Translations under genes and position numbers: made by a program
Assembly: GCA_943789445.1 (NCBI GenBank)
Contig: CALSUC010000001.1
Coordinates: 306,168 to 370,167, forward strand
Source of the DNA: an uncultured Gammaproteobacteria bacterium
GTDB lineage: Bacteria > Pseudomonadota > Gammaproteobacteria > UBA4575
Length of the DNA stretch: 64,000 bases
Direction: 5' to 3'
Shown: in pieces, positions 19,257-31,725 of the stretch
Layout of the letters: every line of letters begins with the position of its first letter
Numbering within the stretch: the first letter of the stretch is position 1
The notes under the pieces: model-generated
Told to the model about the DNA's origin: nothing
What the model saw: the letters and a program-made list of their open reading frames with translations, nothing else
The model's database searches: none

Positions 19257-19820
19257 TTAGGCATGCCCCACAGCGGTGGATAATAGATTCATATCAACAC
19301 CTAGATGAAAGCCAGCCGATAACCATTGTTTTTCGGCCGGGGTCGAAAATACGATTTGAGGATCATAGGGGACTGTTAACCAAGCATTGTCGGCAATCTC
19401 TGTCTCTAGTTGTTCAGGTCCCCAGCCGGCATAACCCAAGCTGATCAGACAATGTTCAGGTACCTCATCGTGAGCAATGCTGCGTAAGATATCGGTCGAG
19501 TGGCTCAAGCGAATGCCATCAATGACGTCTATGCCATCTTCTGGATAGAGTGCACTGTCATGCAGGATGAAACCTTGTTCATTGCGTACGGGGCCGCCAT
19601 TGAAGATAGGCATTGGCGGTAGTGCGTTTTTATCATGGTCGATATTCAATTGATTCAATAATTGGTTTAGCGAGATATCGTGGGGTCGGTTTAAGACGAT
19701 ACCAAAGGCACCCTGTTCTAGGGAATGCTCACAAATCAGACAGATACTTTGTTTGAACATAGAATCGGTGAGCCCTGGCATCGCCAGCAATAATTGTCCC
19801 TGTAGTGATTCATTAGTCAT
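19257..19820 (-). CDS. yqgE: YqgE/AlgH-family protein
   Basis: UPF0301 family features; conserved position upstream of ruvX. Confidence 0.85.
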   Translation of the reverse strand: MTNESLQGQLLLAMPGLTDSMFKQSICLICEHSLEQGAFGIVLNRPHDISLNQLLNQLNIDHDKNALPPMPIFNGGPVRNEQGFILHDSALYPEDGIDVIDGIRLSHSTDILRSIAHDEVPEHCLISLGYAGWGPEQLETEIADNAWLTVPYDPQIVFSTPAEKQWLSAGFHLGVDMNLLSTAVGHA

Positions 19821-20643
19821 ATTTCTCTTCTGTGGTGAAGGTTTGGTCGCTTTGGTAAACCCAAGTACGGGTAATCATCAGTTGATCATACTGGCTTTGC
19901 ATGGCCTGAGGGAATGCCCTAAAAGGCTGGCTATGCTCGACCACGTGATGGGCGGCTTGATCCAACACTGGATTACCCGAGCTAGTGACGATCTTAGATG
20001 AAATCAGACGACCATCACTGGCAATCACGACACTCATAATGAGTATGCCGCTGAAGCTTTGTTCGATGGCATGCAAGGGGTAATACAGATTACCTTGTTG
20101 TTCAACGCGTTCTACCCAAAGGCGAACGTAGTCTGCCTCTAATGCCGATTTGCTACTGACGCTATCAAAAAAATGCAATTTCGGGCGTTGTGCATAAGCG
20201 AGTTTGGCGTGGTTTAGCTCTGACATCAGTGTGTTGATATCTTGCGCCTGAGTCTGTTCACTTATCTGTTCAGTTTCTTTAGTGATAGCTGTTTGTTGGG
20301 ATTGCTCATCACTCTTGGTTTGTAGTTGAAATGTGTTGCTAGGGTTTTTATTGGCTGCTGTAGGCGATTGTTCTTGTTGGGATTGACTTAACTGAATACT
20401 GCTCTGTGTTACCGCATGCTGTTGTTGGTTATCGCTATTAGCAAGATAGAGAGCGTCTTCATTGCGTTGCTGATCAGCTACTGGGTTGAGGATGATCTCT
20501 ATCGTGCTACTGCGTTTTGTCTGGTCTTGTATGAATTGGAAACTGAAGCCCAATATGACTAAGGCATGTAAGGCAATAGCGAGTAGTAGGGTGAAACTGA
20601 TGCGATCAATAGGGCGTATTTTTTGGCCAGTTAAAGTTGTCAT
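19813..20643 (-). CDS. TonB-family energy transducer
   Basis: N-terminal TM anchor, Q/S-rich spacer and a C-terminal TonB-like domain; same position as the tonB-like gene between gshB and algH in Pseudomonas. Confidence 0.6.
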   Translation of the reverse strand: MTTLTGQKIRPIDRISFTLLLAIALHALVILGFSFQFIQDQTKRSSTIEIILNPVADQQRNEDALYLANSDNQQQHAVTQSSIQLSQSQQEQSPTAANKNPSNTFQLQTKSDEQSQQTAITKETEQISEQTQAQDINTLMSELNHAKLAYAQRPKLHFFDSVSSKSALEADYVRLWVERVEQQGNLYYPLHAIEQSFSGILIMSVVIASDGRLISSKIVTSSGNPVLDQAAHHVVEHSQPFRAFPQAMQSQYDQLMITRTWVYQSDQTFTTEEKYD

Positions 20644-20663
20644 GGCATTACATATGCATCTAT

Positions 20664-21614
20664 TTAGGCTGAAAGTTTGCGTGCAATGGCATTGAATAAT
20701 TCGGCGCTAATATTGAGATCGAATGCACGATCGAGTTGACGAATGCAGGTTGGGCTAGTGATATTGATCTCAGTGAGATAATTACCAATCACATCAATAC
20801 CAGCGAATAAAATACCATGTTGACGTAAATGTGGTTTCAGCACCTTGCAGATATGTCGATCTGATTCGCTGAGCTCAATCCCTTTGGCATGACCGCCAGC
20901 GGCTAGGTTGCCGCGAAAATCAGAGGCGGAGGGAATGCGGGCCAGTGCATAAGGGATGGGTTCGCCATCGATCAATAAAATACGTTTATCACCGGCGCTG
21001 ATGTCAGCTATAAATTCCTGCGCCATGATGCTGCGGCGGCCGTAATCGGTAATCTGTTCGAGGATCGTGTTTCGGTTCGGATCTTCTTGCTCGATTCTAA
21101 AGATAGAGGCACCACCCATAGCATCTAGGGGTTTGACGACGATGCTGCCGATCTCCTCTATGAAAGATTGTAAGCGCAGGATGTTTGAGCTGATTAATGT
21201 TTCGGCGCAGATCCCTGGGAACTGACTGATACTGAATTTTTCGTTTAGGTTGCGCAGCGCATGTGCATTGTTAACGATCAAGCTGCCCGCTGTCTGCGCT
21301 AACTCTAAGGCGTAAGTTAGATAGACATATTCCATATCGAAGGGTGGATCTTTGCGCATTAAGATGACATCAAAGCTCGCCAGTGTCCGCTCTTCCCAAG
21401 TGCCTAATTTAAACCAGTTATCGTTATCGTCCTGCACCACCACGGGAGCAGCACTGCAATGACTCTCACCATTGCGAACGTGTATTGAGCCTGGCGGAAT
21501 ATAGTATGAGCTATAGGCTCTATTTTGCGCCTCTAGCAGCATTGCAAAGCTACTGTCTTTTTGTACATTGATGGATTCGATCGGATCCATAATGATGCCA
21601 AGTTTGATAGTCAT
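20664..21614 (-). CDS. gshB: glutathione synthetase
   Basis: Prokaryotic GSH synthetase N-terminus MKLGIIMDPIESIN and an ATP-grasp domain. Confidence 0.9.
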   Translation of the reverse strand: MTIKLGIIMDPIESINVQKDSSFAMLLEAQNRAYSSYYIPPGSIHVRNGESHCSAAPVVVQDDNDNWFKLGTWEERTLASFDVILMRKDPPFDMEYVYLTYALELAQTAGSLIVNNAHALRNLNEKFSISQFPGICAETLISSNILRLQSFIEEIGSIVVKPLDAMGGASIFRIEQEDPNRNTILEQITDYGRRSIMAQEFIADISAGDKRILLIDGEPIPYALARIPSASDFRGNLAAGGHAKGIELSESDRHICKVLKPHLRQHGILFAGIDVIGNYLTEINITSPTCIRQLDRAFDLNISAELFNAIARKLSA

Positions 21615-21705
21615 GCTGGGCCTTTTAAACGGTGGATTAACATCTGTCTGCAGATGCTATACAGAGTACTCATTGGTGGTGACTGGATGCAAGTGCCGAG
21701 ACGGT

Positions 21706-22446
21706 TTAAATGCAGTGATTCAAGTCGCCATGTTGTGCCTGAAGTAGGCTGAGTAATGAAATGACAGCAGTCTCTAGGCGTAAGATGCGTGGCCCCATTT
21801 TTATAGACTGGAAGCCATGCTGTTCAGCTAGCGTAACTTCATCTGGGCTAAAGCCACCTTCAGGGCCAATCAGGCAGCTGATGCTCGGTACCGGCTGTGT
21901 CGGCGAATGCGCACGATTAGCGGTCGGTGAGGCGATCAACTTGAGGTTGTCGGTGGGGCAGTTGAGTAAGGCTTGCTGAAACGGTATGGGTTGATTGAGT
22001 TGTGGCAGTTTAGCGCGGCCAGACTGTTCACAAGCGCTTTGAATGACACCCTGCCAATGCGCCATTTTTTTCTCTAAACGGTTTGCTGGTAGGTTGACGT
22101 TAACGCGTGAACTGATGAAGGGTGTGATCTGTGTGACACCAAGCTCAGTCGCCTTTTGTAGGCACAGGTCAAACTTGTCGCCTGCACATAGAGGCTGCAA
22201 TAGATGGAGTTGTAAGGCTGATTCTGTGTCGCTGGTTTGCGCTTGCTGCAGTTGTACGCGTACGGTTTTTTTCTGCACGTCTACCAGTTCACCTGGATAG
22301 TCATTGCCGTCACCATTAAAGACAATAATCGAGTGGCCTACGGTTAGGCGCAGTACATCGCGAACGTATTTGGCGATACCATCATTCAGTTCAATGACCG
22401 TCTCTGCGCGCAACTCTGCAGCCGTGAAAATTCTAGAGATGCGCAC
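21706..22446 (-). CDS. rsmE: 16S rRNA (uracil1498-N3)-methyltransferase
   Basis: N-terminal MRISRIF ... PUA-like domain plus a SPOUT domain. Confidence 0.85.
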   Translation of the reverse strand: MRISRIFTAAELRAETVIELNDGIAKYVRDVLRLTVGHSIIVFNGDGNDYPGELVDVQKKTVRVQLQQAQTSDTESALQLHLLQPLCAGDKFDLCLQKATELGVTQITPFISSRVNVNLPANRLEKKMAHWQGVIQSACEQSGRAKLPQLNQPIPFQQALLNCPTDNLKLIASPTANRAHSPTQPVPSISCLIGPEGGFSPDEVTLAEQHGFQSIKMGPRILRLETAVISLLSLLQAQHGDLNHCI

Positions 22447-22474
22447 AACAGGCCAATTTCAGTAGGGTGGAAGC

Positions 22475-23788
22475 TTAGTAGCGGTAGTGGTTGGCTTTGT
22501 ATGGGCCAGCAACATCAAGGCCTAAGTAGTCTGCTTGCTCTTTACTTAAGGCAGTCAGTTTCACGCCAATCTGTTCTAGGTGTAGGCGTGCCACTTCTTC
22601 ATCCAGATGCTTCGGTAGGATGTAGACCTGATTCTGATAACTTTCTTCATTTTCCCAAAGTTCTAGCTGCGCTAAGACTTGGTTAGTGAAAGAGTTAGAC
22701 ATCACAAAGCTTGGGTGGCCAGTACCACAACCAAGGTTTACTAAGCGGCCTTTGGCTAGCAGGATGATGCGTTTGCCATCAGGGAAGATCACGTGATCGA
22801 CCTGTGGTTTAATTTCATCCCATTCATAATTTTCAAGGCTGGCGACATCAATCTCATTATCAAAGTGACCGATGTTGCAAACGATCGCCTGGTTTTTCAT
22901 TGCAAGCATATGGTCATGGGTAATGACGTTGTAGTTACCGGTAGCAGTAACAAAAATATCGGCTTCACCACAGGCATCATCCATAGTGACAACACGGTAG
23001 CCTTCCATTGCAGCTTGCAGTGCACAGATAGGGTCGATTTCAGTGACCCAGACGGTAGCACCTAAACCACGTAAGGACTGTGCCGAACCTTTGCCGACGT
23101 CGCCGTAACCACAGACGATGGCAATCTTGCCAGCAATCATCACATCAGTGGCGCGTTTGATACCGTCGACCAGCGATTCACGACAGCCGTATAGGTTATC
23201 GAATTTTGACTTGGTGACAGAATCGTTGACATTGATTGCTGGAATCAATAACTCATTCTTTTCAAGCATTTCATACAGACGCATAACGCCAGTAGTGGTT
23301 TCCTCAGAAACACCTTTGACGTCAGCCAGTAGCTCTGGGTATTTGTCATGCATGACTTTAGTTAGGTCGCCGCCATCATCTAATAAGAGATTAGGCTTCC
23401 AACCTTTAGGGGCATGGATGGTGCGCTCTATACACCACTCGTATTCTTCTTCGGTTTCGCCTTTCCAAGCAAATACTGGAATACCGGCTTCAGCCATTGC
23501 TGCCGCTGCGTGATCTTGTGTTGAGAAAATATTGCAAGAAGACCAACGCACTTCGGCACCCAGTTCAATCAGGGTCTCGATTAGTACTGCTGTTTGGATG
23601 GTCATGTGCAGGCAGCCTAGGATGCGGGCGCCTTGCAGTGGTTTGTTTACGCTATGCTTTGTACGCAAGGCCATCAAGCCAGGCATTTCAGTTTCAGCGA
23701 TGGCGATTTCTTTGCGACCCCAATCGGCAAGCGATAGGTCAGCAACTTTAAAATCTTCCATATGGTCGTGCAGCGATTCAATATTCAT
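22475..23788 (-). CDS. ahcY: adenosylhomocysteinase
   Basis: Highly conserved SAHH motifs and an NAD-binding GYGDVGKG. Confidence 0.95.
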   Translation of the reverse strand: MNIESLHDHMEDFKVADLSLADWGRKEIAIAETEMPGLMALRTKHSVNKPLQGARILGCLHMTIQTAVLIETLIELGAEVRWSSCNIFSTQDHAAAAMAEAGIPVFAWKGETEEEYEWCIERTIHAPKGWKPNLLLDDGGDLTKVMHDKYPELLADVKGVSEETTTGVMRLYEMLEKNELLIPAINVNDSVTKSKFDNLYGCRESLVDGIKRATDVMIAGKIAIVCGYGDVGKGSAQSLRGLGATVWVTEIDPICALQAAMEGYRVVTMDDACGEADIFVTATGNYNVITHDHMLAMKNQAIVCNIGHFDNEIDVASLENYEWDEIKPQVDHVIFPDGKRIILLAKGRLVNLGCGTGHPSFVMSNSFTNQVLAQLELWENEESYQNQVYILPKHLDEEVARLHLEQIGVKLTALSKEQADYLGLDVAGPYKANHYRY

Positions 23789-23828
23789 ATCTATAATTCT
23801 CTACGGGTGGTGGCATTAGGGCTTAGCT

Positions 23829-24980
23829 CTAAGCCTGTTGTAGTGCATCTACTTTGTCTGTTTTTTCCCAACTAAATTCGGGCTCGGTACGGCCAAAGTG
23901 ACCGTAACTTGCCGTCTTGCGATAGATAGGGCGGTTTAGGTCGAGCATACTCAAGATGCCATAAGGGCTTAAATCAAACACCTCATTCACTATCGCCTCT
24001 AACTTTTCATCACCTATGGTACCAGTGCCGAAGGTGTTTATAGAAATAGAAGTGGGCTTGGCGACGCCGATTGCATAGGACACCTGAATTTCACAACGCT
24101 GTGCGAGGCCTGCGGCAACGATATTTTTTGCTACATAACGACCGGCATAGGCGGCTGAACGGTCGACCTTGCTTGGGTCTTTGCCAGAGAAGGCGCCGCC
24201 GCCATGACGTGCCATACCGCCATAGGTGTCGACAATAATCTTACGTCCGGTCAAACCACAGTCGCCAACTGGGCCGCCAATGACGAATTTACCGGTCGGG
24301 TTGATATGAAACTGAGTGTCTTTATTAATCCATTCCTTGTCTAAAACAGGCTTGATGATTTGTTCAAGGACCGCTTCTTTCAGGTCTTTCTGATTGGTGT
24401 CTGGGCTGTGTTGTGTTGATAGCACGACTGCATCAATGCTAACCGGCTGGTTGTTTTCGTAGCGAAAGGTGATCTGGCTCTTGGCGTCGGGACGTAGCCA
24501 AGACAATTCACCGGATTTGCGTAATTCTGCCTGACGTTTCACTAGGCGATGGGCATAGGTAATCGGGGCCGGCATTAAGACATCGGTTTCGTTGCTGGCG
24601 TAGCCAAACATCAGACCCTGATCACCGGCACCTTGGTTCTTCTCGGTATCGCGATCGACACCCTGTGCGATATCAATAGACTGCTCACCTAGGGCATTAA
24701 TGACTGCACAGGTGTGGCCGTCAAAGCCCTTTTCGGTATGGTCGTAGCCGATCTCATTGATAACGTTGCGGACTATCGGCTCGACATCGATTCTTGCGCT
24801 AGTGGAAATTTCACCTGCGAGTATGACCATGCCGGTCTTAACTAGAGTTTCACAGGCGACTCTGGCATTCGGGTCTTTCTCTAAGATGGCGTCTAGGATC
24901 GCATCGGAGACTTGGTCTGAAATCTTATCTGGATGGCCTTCAGAAACCGATTCTGAGGTAAAGCTGTATCGACTACTCAT
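23829..24980 (-). CDS. metK: S-adenosylmethionine synthase
   Basis: [13 protein letters not shown] and GGGAFSGKD signature motifs. Confidence 0.97.
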   Translation of the reverse strand: MSSRYSFTSESVSEGHPDKISDQVSDAILDAILEKDPNARVACETLVKTGMVILAGEISTSARIDVEPIVRNVINEIGYDHTEKGFDGHTCAVINALGEQSIDIAQGVDRDTEKNQGAGDQGLMFGYASNETDVLMPAPITYAHRLVKRQAELRKSGELSWLRPDAKSQITFRYENNQPVSIDAVVLSTQHSPDTNQKDLKEAVLEQIIKPVLDKEWINKDTQFHINPTGKFVIGGPVGDCGLTGRKIIVDTYGGMARHGGGAFSGKDPSKVDRSAAYAGRYVAKNIVAAGLAQRCEIQVSYAIGVAKPTSISINTFGTGTIGDEKLEAIVNEVFDLSPYGILSMLDLNRPIYRKTASYGHFGRTEPEFSWEKTDKVDALQQA

Positions 24981-25205
24981 GTTGCTGCGTCCCTTTAGAA
25001 AATCTGTATCAGTGGCTGTCCAGATCGGATAGCACTGGCTAGGTGAGAGTTCGGCGAAGTACTCATTACTTCTCGATCACCTTATTCAGGCGCGAGTATA
25101 CAATGCCGTGACGGGTGCTGGAATACTGCACTTAGTTCGGCGTACTGATTTTGCAACAGGCTGCCTTGTATGCTGAGATGAATATAAAATAAGGACAGAT
25201 AAACT

Positions 25206-25766
25206 ATGGCAAAAACAGCTTCTAGGATGATCCCTTTGGGGACAATAGCGCCTAAATTTGAGCTTTTCGAAGTGGTATCGCAGGAGATCAAGTCTTTTGA
25301 TCGTCTTGTGGGTGCTGCGGCTACGGTCGTTATGTTTATCTGTAATCACTGTCCTTTTGTCCACCATGTGCGACCAGAGCTAGCCGCAATGGCCGATGAA
25401 TATCAGCCCAAGGGTGTACAGTTCATTGCAATTAATTCAAATGATGTACAAAACTACCCCGATGACTCCCCAGCATTAATGCAGGTCGAGGCGGCTGAAC
25501 AGGGTTATCACTTTCCTTATTTTTATGATGAGGAACAAACGGTGGCACGAGCCTATGGTGCTGAATGCACACCAGATTTCTTTGTTTTTGATGCGCAGCA
25601 GGCCTGTGTCTACCGCGGTCAGCTAGATGATTCTCGTCCGGGTAATGACGTTATTTTGAGTGGCTCAGATCTGCGTGCGGCATTGAACAATGTACTGGCC
25701 CAGATCCCGGTCGATGCCAATCAAAAGCCTAGTATTGGTTGTAATATTAAGTGGAAGCACTCTTAA
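25206..25766 (+). CDS. thioredoxin-fold (redoxin/AhpC-TSA-like) protein
   Basis: CNHC redox motif in a thioredoxin-like fold. Confidence 0.6.
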   Translation: MAKTASRMIPLGTIAPKFELFEVVSQEIKSFDRLVGAAATVVMFICNHCPFVHHVRPELAAMADEYQPKGVQFIAINSNDVQNYPDDSPALMQVEAAEQGYHFPYFYDEEQTVARAYGAECTPDFFVFDAQQACVYRGQLDDSRPGNDVILSGSDLRAALNNVLAQIPVDANQKPSIGCNIKWKHS

Positions 25767-25956
25767 ACGACGATTATGTTCCTTTAGCCCCCTGCTTAAG
25801 CTTGCGGCTGACTAGTAAGTCATGGAAAATACTCGCCGCCAAACCCATTGCCGTAGACCCCTTATATAAGGTGTCACGATCAGCAGCGTAAACAGACGCT
25901 GATCGAGTCCCAGCTGACTGCTGCAGTCACTATTAACCTCAACCGAAATTGAGATT

Positions 25957-27948
25957 GTGGAAAACCGAAAAGAGCTAGCGAACGCTATACGTGCCCTCAG
26001 TATGGATGCTGTGCAGAAGGCAAATTCTGGTCACCCTGGTGCCCCTATGGGCATGGCTGATATTGCTGAAGTGTTGTGGCGTAAGTATTTACGACATAAC
26101 CCAAACGACCCTAAATGGCCTAACCGCGACCGATTTGTCCTGTCTAATGGTCATGGATCGATGCTGATTTACTCCTTGCTGCATTTGAGTGGCTACGAGT
26201 TGAGCATTGATGACATTAAGGATTTTCGTCAGCTGCATTCAAAAACCCCAGGCCATCCAGAAGTGGATGAAACGCCGGGTGTTGAAACCACTACTGGCCC
26301 CTTAGGCCAGGGTTTAGCTAATGCCGTCGGTATGGCAATGGCAGAAAAGATTCTTGCACAGCAGTTCAACCAAGAGGGTCATGAAGTTGTTGATCACTAC
26401 ACCTATGTGTTTGTCGGTGACGGCTGTTTGATGGAAGGGGTGTCACACGAAGTGTCTTCTTTAGCCGGCACTTTGAATTTGGGTAAGTTGATCGTCTTTT
26501 ATGACAACAACGGTATCTCAATCGATGGTGAGGTTGATGGTTGGTTTACTGAAGACATTCCAAAACGTTTTGAATCGTATGGCTGGCAAGTTGTACGTGA
26601 TGTCGATGGTCATGATGCCGCCGATGTCGAGCAGGCGATTGAGCAGGCTCGTAGTAATACTCAGCAACCGACATTAATCGATTGTAAAACGATTATTGGT
26701 TGGGGTTCGCCAAACAAGCAAGGTGACGAAGGCTGTCATGGTGCCCCATTAGGTGACGAAGAAATTAAGCTGGCACGAGAAGTCATGAACTGGCCACACG
26801 CGCCGTTTGAGATTCCTCAGCCAGTCGCTAAGGCTTGGGATGCGCGTCCTGCAGGTGCTGTGCAACAGCAGGCTTGGCAGGAAAAGTTCGATGCTTATGC
26901 AACGGCTCATCCAGAGTTATCGGCCGAATTCACACGTCGTCTGCAAGGGCTGTTACCCGCAGAATGGCAGACCGCTATGGTGACTGCGATTGAAGCGACT
27001 GTTGCCGAAGGCAAGACCGTAGCGACACGTAAGGCCTCCGAGTTGGCCTTGAATGCGCTAGGGCCTGTGCTGCCTGAATTATTGGGTGGCTCTGCCGATT
27101 TAACTGGCTCTAACAATACCTGGTGGCAAGGCTGTAAATCGATTACTGCAAACGATGCCTCTGGTAACTATATTCATTACGGTGTGCGCGAATTTGGTAT
27201 GTCGGCGATTATGAATGGCATCGCACTATATGGTGGATTTATACCTTATAGCGGTACCTTCCTGACTTTTTCTGATTACGCCCGTAACGCGGTACGTATG
27301 TCAGCGCTGATGAATACACATTGTTTATTTGTATACAGCCATGATTCAGTTGGTCTAGGTGAAGACGGTCCTACCCATCAACCGGTAGAGCATGTCGCTA
27401 GTTTGCGTGGCATTCCTAATATGACCCTGTGGCGCCCCTGTGACACAGTGGAATCCTTGGTCGCATGGAAGACAGCGATCGAAGCCAAGCGACCGGCTTC
27501 GTTAATTCTTTCACGTCAAGGTGTACCGTTTATTCCACGAGAGCAAAAGCAAATCGATGCGATTGCTCGTGGCGGCTATGTGTTGTTTGAAAGTGAGAAC
27601 GAGCTACAGGTCATCATTATCGCAACTGGAACTGAAGTCGGCATTGCGCTAGAAGCAGCACAACAGCTTGCTGAGCAAAATGCGGGTGTGCGATTGGTGT
27701 CTATGCCTAGTGCTGAGACCTTCAGCATGCAAAGCGATGATTACCGTGAACAGGTCTTACCAACGGCCATGCGCGCACGTCTAGCAGTAGAAGCAGGGAC
27801 TAGTGACTACTGGCGTAAGTTTGTTGGCATCGACGGTGATGTGATTGGGGTTGATCAGTTTGGTGCGTCGGCACCGGGCCCAGTACTGATGAAACACTAT
27901 GGCTTCACTGTTGAAAATATTGTGCAGCGTGCACAGAAACTAATTTAA
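25957..27948 (+). CDS. tkt: transketolase
   Basis: N-terminus [37 protein letters not shown]; 663 aa. Confidence 0.97.
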   Translation: MENRKELANAIRALSMDAVQKANSGHPGAPMGMADIAEVLWRKYLRHNPNDPKWPNRDRFVLSNGHGSMLIYSLLHLSGYELSIDDIKDFRQLHSKTPGHPEVDETPGVETTTGPLGQGLANAVGMAMAEKILAQQFNQEGHEVVDHYTYVFVGDGCLMEGVSHEVSSLAGTLNLGKLIVFYDNNGISIDGEVDGWFTEDIPKRFESYGWQVVRDVDGHDAADVEQAIEQARSNTQQPTLIDCKTIIGWGSPNKQGDEGCHGAPLGDEEIKLAREVMNWPHAPFEIPQPVAKAWDARPAGAVQQQAWQEKFDAYATAHPELSAEFTRRLQGLLPAEWQTAMVTAIEATVAEGKTVATRKASELALNALGPVLPELLGGSADLTGSNNTWWQGCKSITANDASGNYIHYGVREFGMSAIMNGIALYGGFIPYSGTFLTFSDYARNAVRMSALMNTHCLFVYSHDSVGLGEDGPTHQPVEHVASLRGIPNMTLWRPCDTVESLVAWKTAIEAKRPASLILSRQGVPFIPREQKQIDAIARGGYVLFESENELQVIIIATGTEVGIALEAAQQLAEQNAGVRLVSMPSAETFSMQSDDYREQVLPTAMRARLAVEAGTSDYWRKFVGIDGDVIGVDQFGASAPGPVLMKHYGFTVENIVQRAQKLI

Positions 27949-27975
27949 TTTTAAGAGATATAAGGAAGATAGATC

Positions 27976-28989
27976 ATGACAATTAGAGTCGCTATTAATG
28001 GCTATGGCCGCATCGGACGAAACATCCTACGTGCTTTATATGAAGCAGGCCGTACCGATGAAATTAAAATCGTTGCGATCAATGATTTGGGTGATGCCGC
28101 AACTAATGCGCATTTAACTAAGTTCGATACTGCGCATGGTACGTTTAACCATGAGGTTAGCTTGGACGGTGATGACATCATGATTGATGGTGATCGTATT
28201 AAGGCTTGTTGTGAACGTGATCCATCTAAGCTGCCATGGAAAGAGCTTGAGGTTGATGTCGTGCTTGAATCTACTGGCTTCTTCGCTAGTAAAGAAAAGG
28301 CTTCGGCACACTTGGTTGCTGGTGCAAAGAAAGTTGTAATTTCAGCGCCGGGCGGCGGCGATGTTGATGCCACTATTGTCTACGGTGTTAACCATGATTT
28401 ATTGAAGGCTTCAGATACTGTTATTTCAAACGCATCTTGCACGACTAACTGTCTTGCACCTTTAGTCAAAACCTTGAACGACAGCATTGGTGTTGAGTGT
28501 GGTTTGATGACTACGATTCATGCTTACACGAATGACCAAGTACTGACTGATGTCTATCACTCTGACTTGCGTCGTGCGCGTTCTGCTACACAATCAATGA
28601 TTCCAACTAAGACCGGTGCGGCAGCAGCCGTCGGTTTAGTATTGCCAGAAATGAATGGCAAGCTTGATGGTTTCTCTATGCGTGTGCCAACTATTAACGT
28701 CTCTGTTGTTGATCTGAGCTTCACTGCTTCACGTAATACGACAGAAGAAGAAATTAATGAAGTCATGCAGGCGGCTGCTACCGGTTCAATGAAAGGTGTT
28801 TTGGGTTACAACACGTTGCCATTAGTGTCATGTGATTTTAATCATAATCCTGCATCATCAGTATTTGATGCGACCCTGACTAAGGTGATGAACGGCAACC
28901 TTGTGAAAGTACTATCCTGGTATGACAATGAGTGGGGTTTCTCAAACCGTATGCTCGATACTACGATTGCTTTGATGAACGCAAAGTAA
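27976..28989 (+). CDS. gap: type I glyceraldehyde-3-phosphate (or erythrose-4-phosphate) dehydrogenase
   Basis: NGYGRIGR Rossmann motif and [10 protein letters not shown] catalytic cysteine motif; lies between tkt and pgk. Confidence 0.9.
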   Translation: MTIRVAINGYGRIGRNILRALYEAGRTDEIKIVAINDLGDAATNAHLTKFDTAHGTFNHEVSLDGDDIMIDGDRIKACCERDPSKLPWKELEVDVVLESTGFFASKEKASAHLVAGAKKVVISAPGGGDVDATIVYGVNHDLLKASDTVISNASCTTNCLAPLVKTLNDSIGVECGLMTTIHAYTNDQVLTDVYHSDLRRARSATQSMIPTKTGAAAAVGLVLPEMNGKLDGFSMRVPTINVSVVDLSFTASRNTTEEEINEVMQAAATGSMKGVLGYNTLPLVSCDFNHNPASSVFDATLTKVMNGNLVKVLSWYDNEWGFSNRMLDTTIALMNAK

Positions 28990-29000
28990 GCTAATAGATA

Positions 29001-30191
29001 ATGTCTTCAGTAACACATATGAATGAACTCGAATTGGCCGCCAAGCGTGTGCTGATTCGAGAAGATCTTAATGTCCCTGTGAAAGAGGGCGTGATCAACA
29101 ATGACGCACGCATTCGTGCCGCCTTACCAAGCATACAAGTTGCCTTGGATGCTGGTGCAGCAGTGATGTTGATGTCGCATTTAGGTCGTCCAACAGAGGG
29201 TGAGTATTCTGCTGAGTATTCGTTACAACCAGTGGCTGATGCCTTAAGTAAGGCCTTGGGTCGCCCAGTGCCTTTAGTCCGTGATTGGATTGATGGTGTA
29301 GACGTGGCCCCTGGTGAATTAGTATTGCTAGAGAACGTTCGCTTCTTGGTCGGTGAGAAGAAATCAGCTGCTGAGCTATCGAAAAAAATGGCAGCACTTT
29401 GCGATATCTTTGTGATGGATGCCTTTGGTACCGCACACAGGGCGCAGGCGTCTACTTATGGTGTTGCAGAGTACGCCGCTGAAGTATGTGCCGGCCCATT
29501 ATTAACCGCTGAACTTAATGCCTTAGAGCAAGCTTTGAAAAAACCTTCGCCGCCGATGGTTGCGATTGTTGGTGGCTCTAAAGTGTCGACTAAGTTGGCC
29601 CTGCTTGAACAATTAATTGATCGAGTAGATCAGCTGGTTGTTGGCGGTGGCATTGCGAATACATTTATTGCAGCAGCAGGTCATTCGGTAGGTCAGTCTT
29701 TATATGAAGCTGATTTGGTGCCGGTGGCAGTGAAGCTGATTGAACAGGCTGCCGCGCGCGGTGCGCAGGTCCCGATACCAACTGATGTTGTTTGTGCTAA
29801 AGCATTTTCATCAGATGCCCCTGCTGAGATCAAAGCGGTGAGTGATATTGCAGCGGATGATTTGGTTCTAGATATAGGCCCAGAAAGTGCGAAACATCTA
29901 GCGAGCCTGATGGCCGATGCCGGCACCATTGTTTGGAATGGGCCTGTGGGCGTTTTTGAATTTACACAGTTTGCGGATGGCACACGTGTACTTGGCGATG
30001 CAATTGCAAATAGTCAGGCATTCTCGATTGCAGGTGGTGGTGATACCGTCGCTGCGATTGATAAATTTAATTTAAGTGAGAATATTTCTTACATCTCAAC
30101 CGGCGGCGGTGCCTTCCTTGAGTTTCTAGAAGGAAAGACTTTGCCAGCGGTTGATATTTTGCAAAAACGAAAAGGACAGCTCGTCACATGA
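29001..30191 (+). CDS. pgk: phosphoglycerate kinase
   Basis: [13 protein letters not shown]-terminus and a PGK fold throughout. True start may be the Met six codons downstream. Confidence 0.95.
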   Translation: MSSVTHMNELELAAKRVLIREDLNVPVKEGVINNDARIRAALPSIQVALDAGAAVMLMSHLGRPTEGEYSAEYSLQPVADALSKALGRPVPLVRDWIDGVDVAPGELVLLENVRFLVGEKKSAAELSKKMAALCDIFVMDAFGTAHRAQASTYGVAEYAAEVCAGPLLTAELNALEQALKKPSPPMVAIVGGSKVSTKLALLEQLIDRVDQLVVGGGIANTFIAAAGHSVGQSLYEADLVPVAVKLIEQAAARGAQVPIPTDVVCAKAFSSDAPAEIKAVSDIAADDLVLDIGPESAKHLASLMADAGTIVWNGPVGVFEFTQFADGTRVLGDAIANSQAFSIAGGGDTVAAIDKFNLSENISYISTGGGAFLEFLEGKTLPAVDILQKRKGQLVT

Positions 30192-31651
30192 TGCAGCGTA
30201 GAACTAAGATTATCGCCACCTTAGGTCCGGCGACCGATGATGAGCAAGTAATTGCCGATATCATAGAAGCGGGTGTCAATTTAGTCCGGCTTAATTTCTC
30301 GCATGGTAGCTTTGATGAGCATCGTGTACGAGTAGAGCGTGTACGTAAAGTATGCGCCGAGAGAAATTATCATGTCGGTATCCTGGGTGACCTGCAAGGC
30401 GCAAAGATCCGAGTAGGTCGATTTAAGGACGGCAAGATCATGCTGGCAGTAGGGGATAGTTTCATCCTCGACGCGGATCTAGACTTAGATGCCGGCAATC
30501 AAGAATCAGTGGGTTTAACCTATAAAGAATTGATTGAGGATATCGTTGTTGGCGACAAGCTCTTACTAGACGATGGCCGGATTATTCTTGTGGTCGATGA
30601 GATTACAGGTAATCGTGTTAAGACCACGGTTGATGTCGGTGGTGAGTTATCCAGCAGTAAGGGTATCAACCGGATGGGCGGTGGTCTTTCTGCAGCTGCA
30701 TTGACCGAAAAAGATCGTGAAGATATCTTGCATGCGGCAGCACTTGATGTTGATTATCTAGCAGTGTCTTTTGTTAAGACCGCCGATGATGTTTATCTTG
30801 CACGAAAGTTATTGCAAGAGGCTGGCGGTGATGCCGGTATCGTTGCGAAGATTGAGCGTGCAGAAGCACTCGATATGATCGATGAGATCATGGAAGCGTC
30901 AGAAGTTATTATGATCGCACGTGGTGATCTGGGTGTTGAGATTGGTGATGCCGATGTCCCTGGTGTGCAAAAGTCTTTGATCTCTAGAGCACAGGAAACA
31001 AAGTGCTTAGTGATCACGGCAACGCAGATGATGGAATCAATGATCACTAGTGCCATTCCGACACGTGCAGAGATGTCTGATGTAGCGAATGCTGTATTAG
31101 ATGGAACTGACGCCGTAATGTTATCAGGTGAGACTGCAGTAGGTGCCTATCCTGTTGAAGTAGTCGAAGCGATGAGCCGTGTGTGTCTCGCCTCTGAACG
31201 TCAAGATTTGCTGCAATTCCAAACTGAGCGCCATGAACCTAGTCTAGATCGTGTGGATGAGGGGATTGCGATGGCCGCGATGTTCTTAGCGAATCATTTG
31301 AATGTCACTGCGATTGCAGCCTTGACCGAATCTGGTTCAACCGCGCTGTGGATGTCACGGATTAACTCAACGATTCCGGTGTATGCATTTACACGCCATG
31401 TGAAAAGTTTACGTCGTGTGACATTGTATCGTGGTGTCTTTCCAGCCTACTTGGACTTCATGGGTAAGACGCATGCACAAGTGAATCGTGCTGCCATTGC
31501 TGTACTTCAGGATTGTAATGAAGTCGAAGAGAATGATTTAGTGATACTGACCAAGGGTGACTTGATTGGTGTCGATGGCGGGACTAATGCGATGAAGATA
31601 CTGAGCGTTGGGCATCTGATTGAAGAAGAAAACGATCCGGAAAGTATTTAG
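30188..31651 (+). CDS. pyk: pyruvate kinase
   Basis: [13 protein letters not shown]-terminus, [11 protein letters not shown] motif. Confidence 0.95.
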   Translation: MMQRRTKIIATLGPATDDEQVIADIIEAGVNLVRLNFSHGSFDEHRVRVERVRKVCAERNYHVGILGDLQGAKIRVGRFKDGKIMLAVGDSFILDADLDLDAGNQESVGLTYKELIEDIVVGDKLLLDDGRIILVVDEITGNRVKTTVDVGGELSSSKGINRMGGGLSAAALTEKDREDILHAAALDVDYLAVSFVKTADDVYLARKLLQEAGGDAGIVAKIERAEALDMIDEIMEASEVIMIARGDLGVEIGDADVPGVQKSLISRAQETKCLVITATQMMESMITSAIPTRAEMSDVANAVLDGTDAVMLSGETAVGAYPVEVVEAMSRVCLASERQDLLQFQTERHEPSLDRVDEGIAMAAMFLANHLNVTAIAALTESGSTALWMSRINSTIPVYAFTRHVKSLRRVTLYRGVFPAYLDFMGKTHAQVNRAAIAVLQDCNEVEENDLVILTKGDLIGVDGGTNAMKILSVGHLIEEENDPESI

Positions 31652-31725
31652 TCATCAGCTGATATGATATTTGCGATGATGGTTATTTAAATATTATAGT
31701 TTAAGACAGTGTTTGGGAGAGCAGA

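Noticed and set aside
24981-25205. Possible SAM riboswitch or regulatory RNA in the 225-bp region upstream of metK
   Set aside because: No SAM-I or SAM-II consensus elements are visible. Gammaproteobacterial metK is normally protein-regulated. The small ORFs at 25082-25367 lie in this divergent promoter region and are probably spurious.
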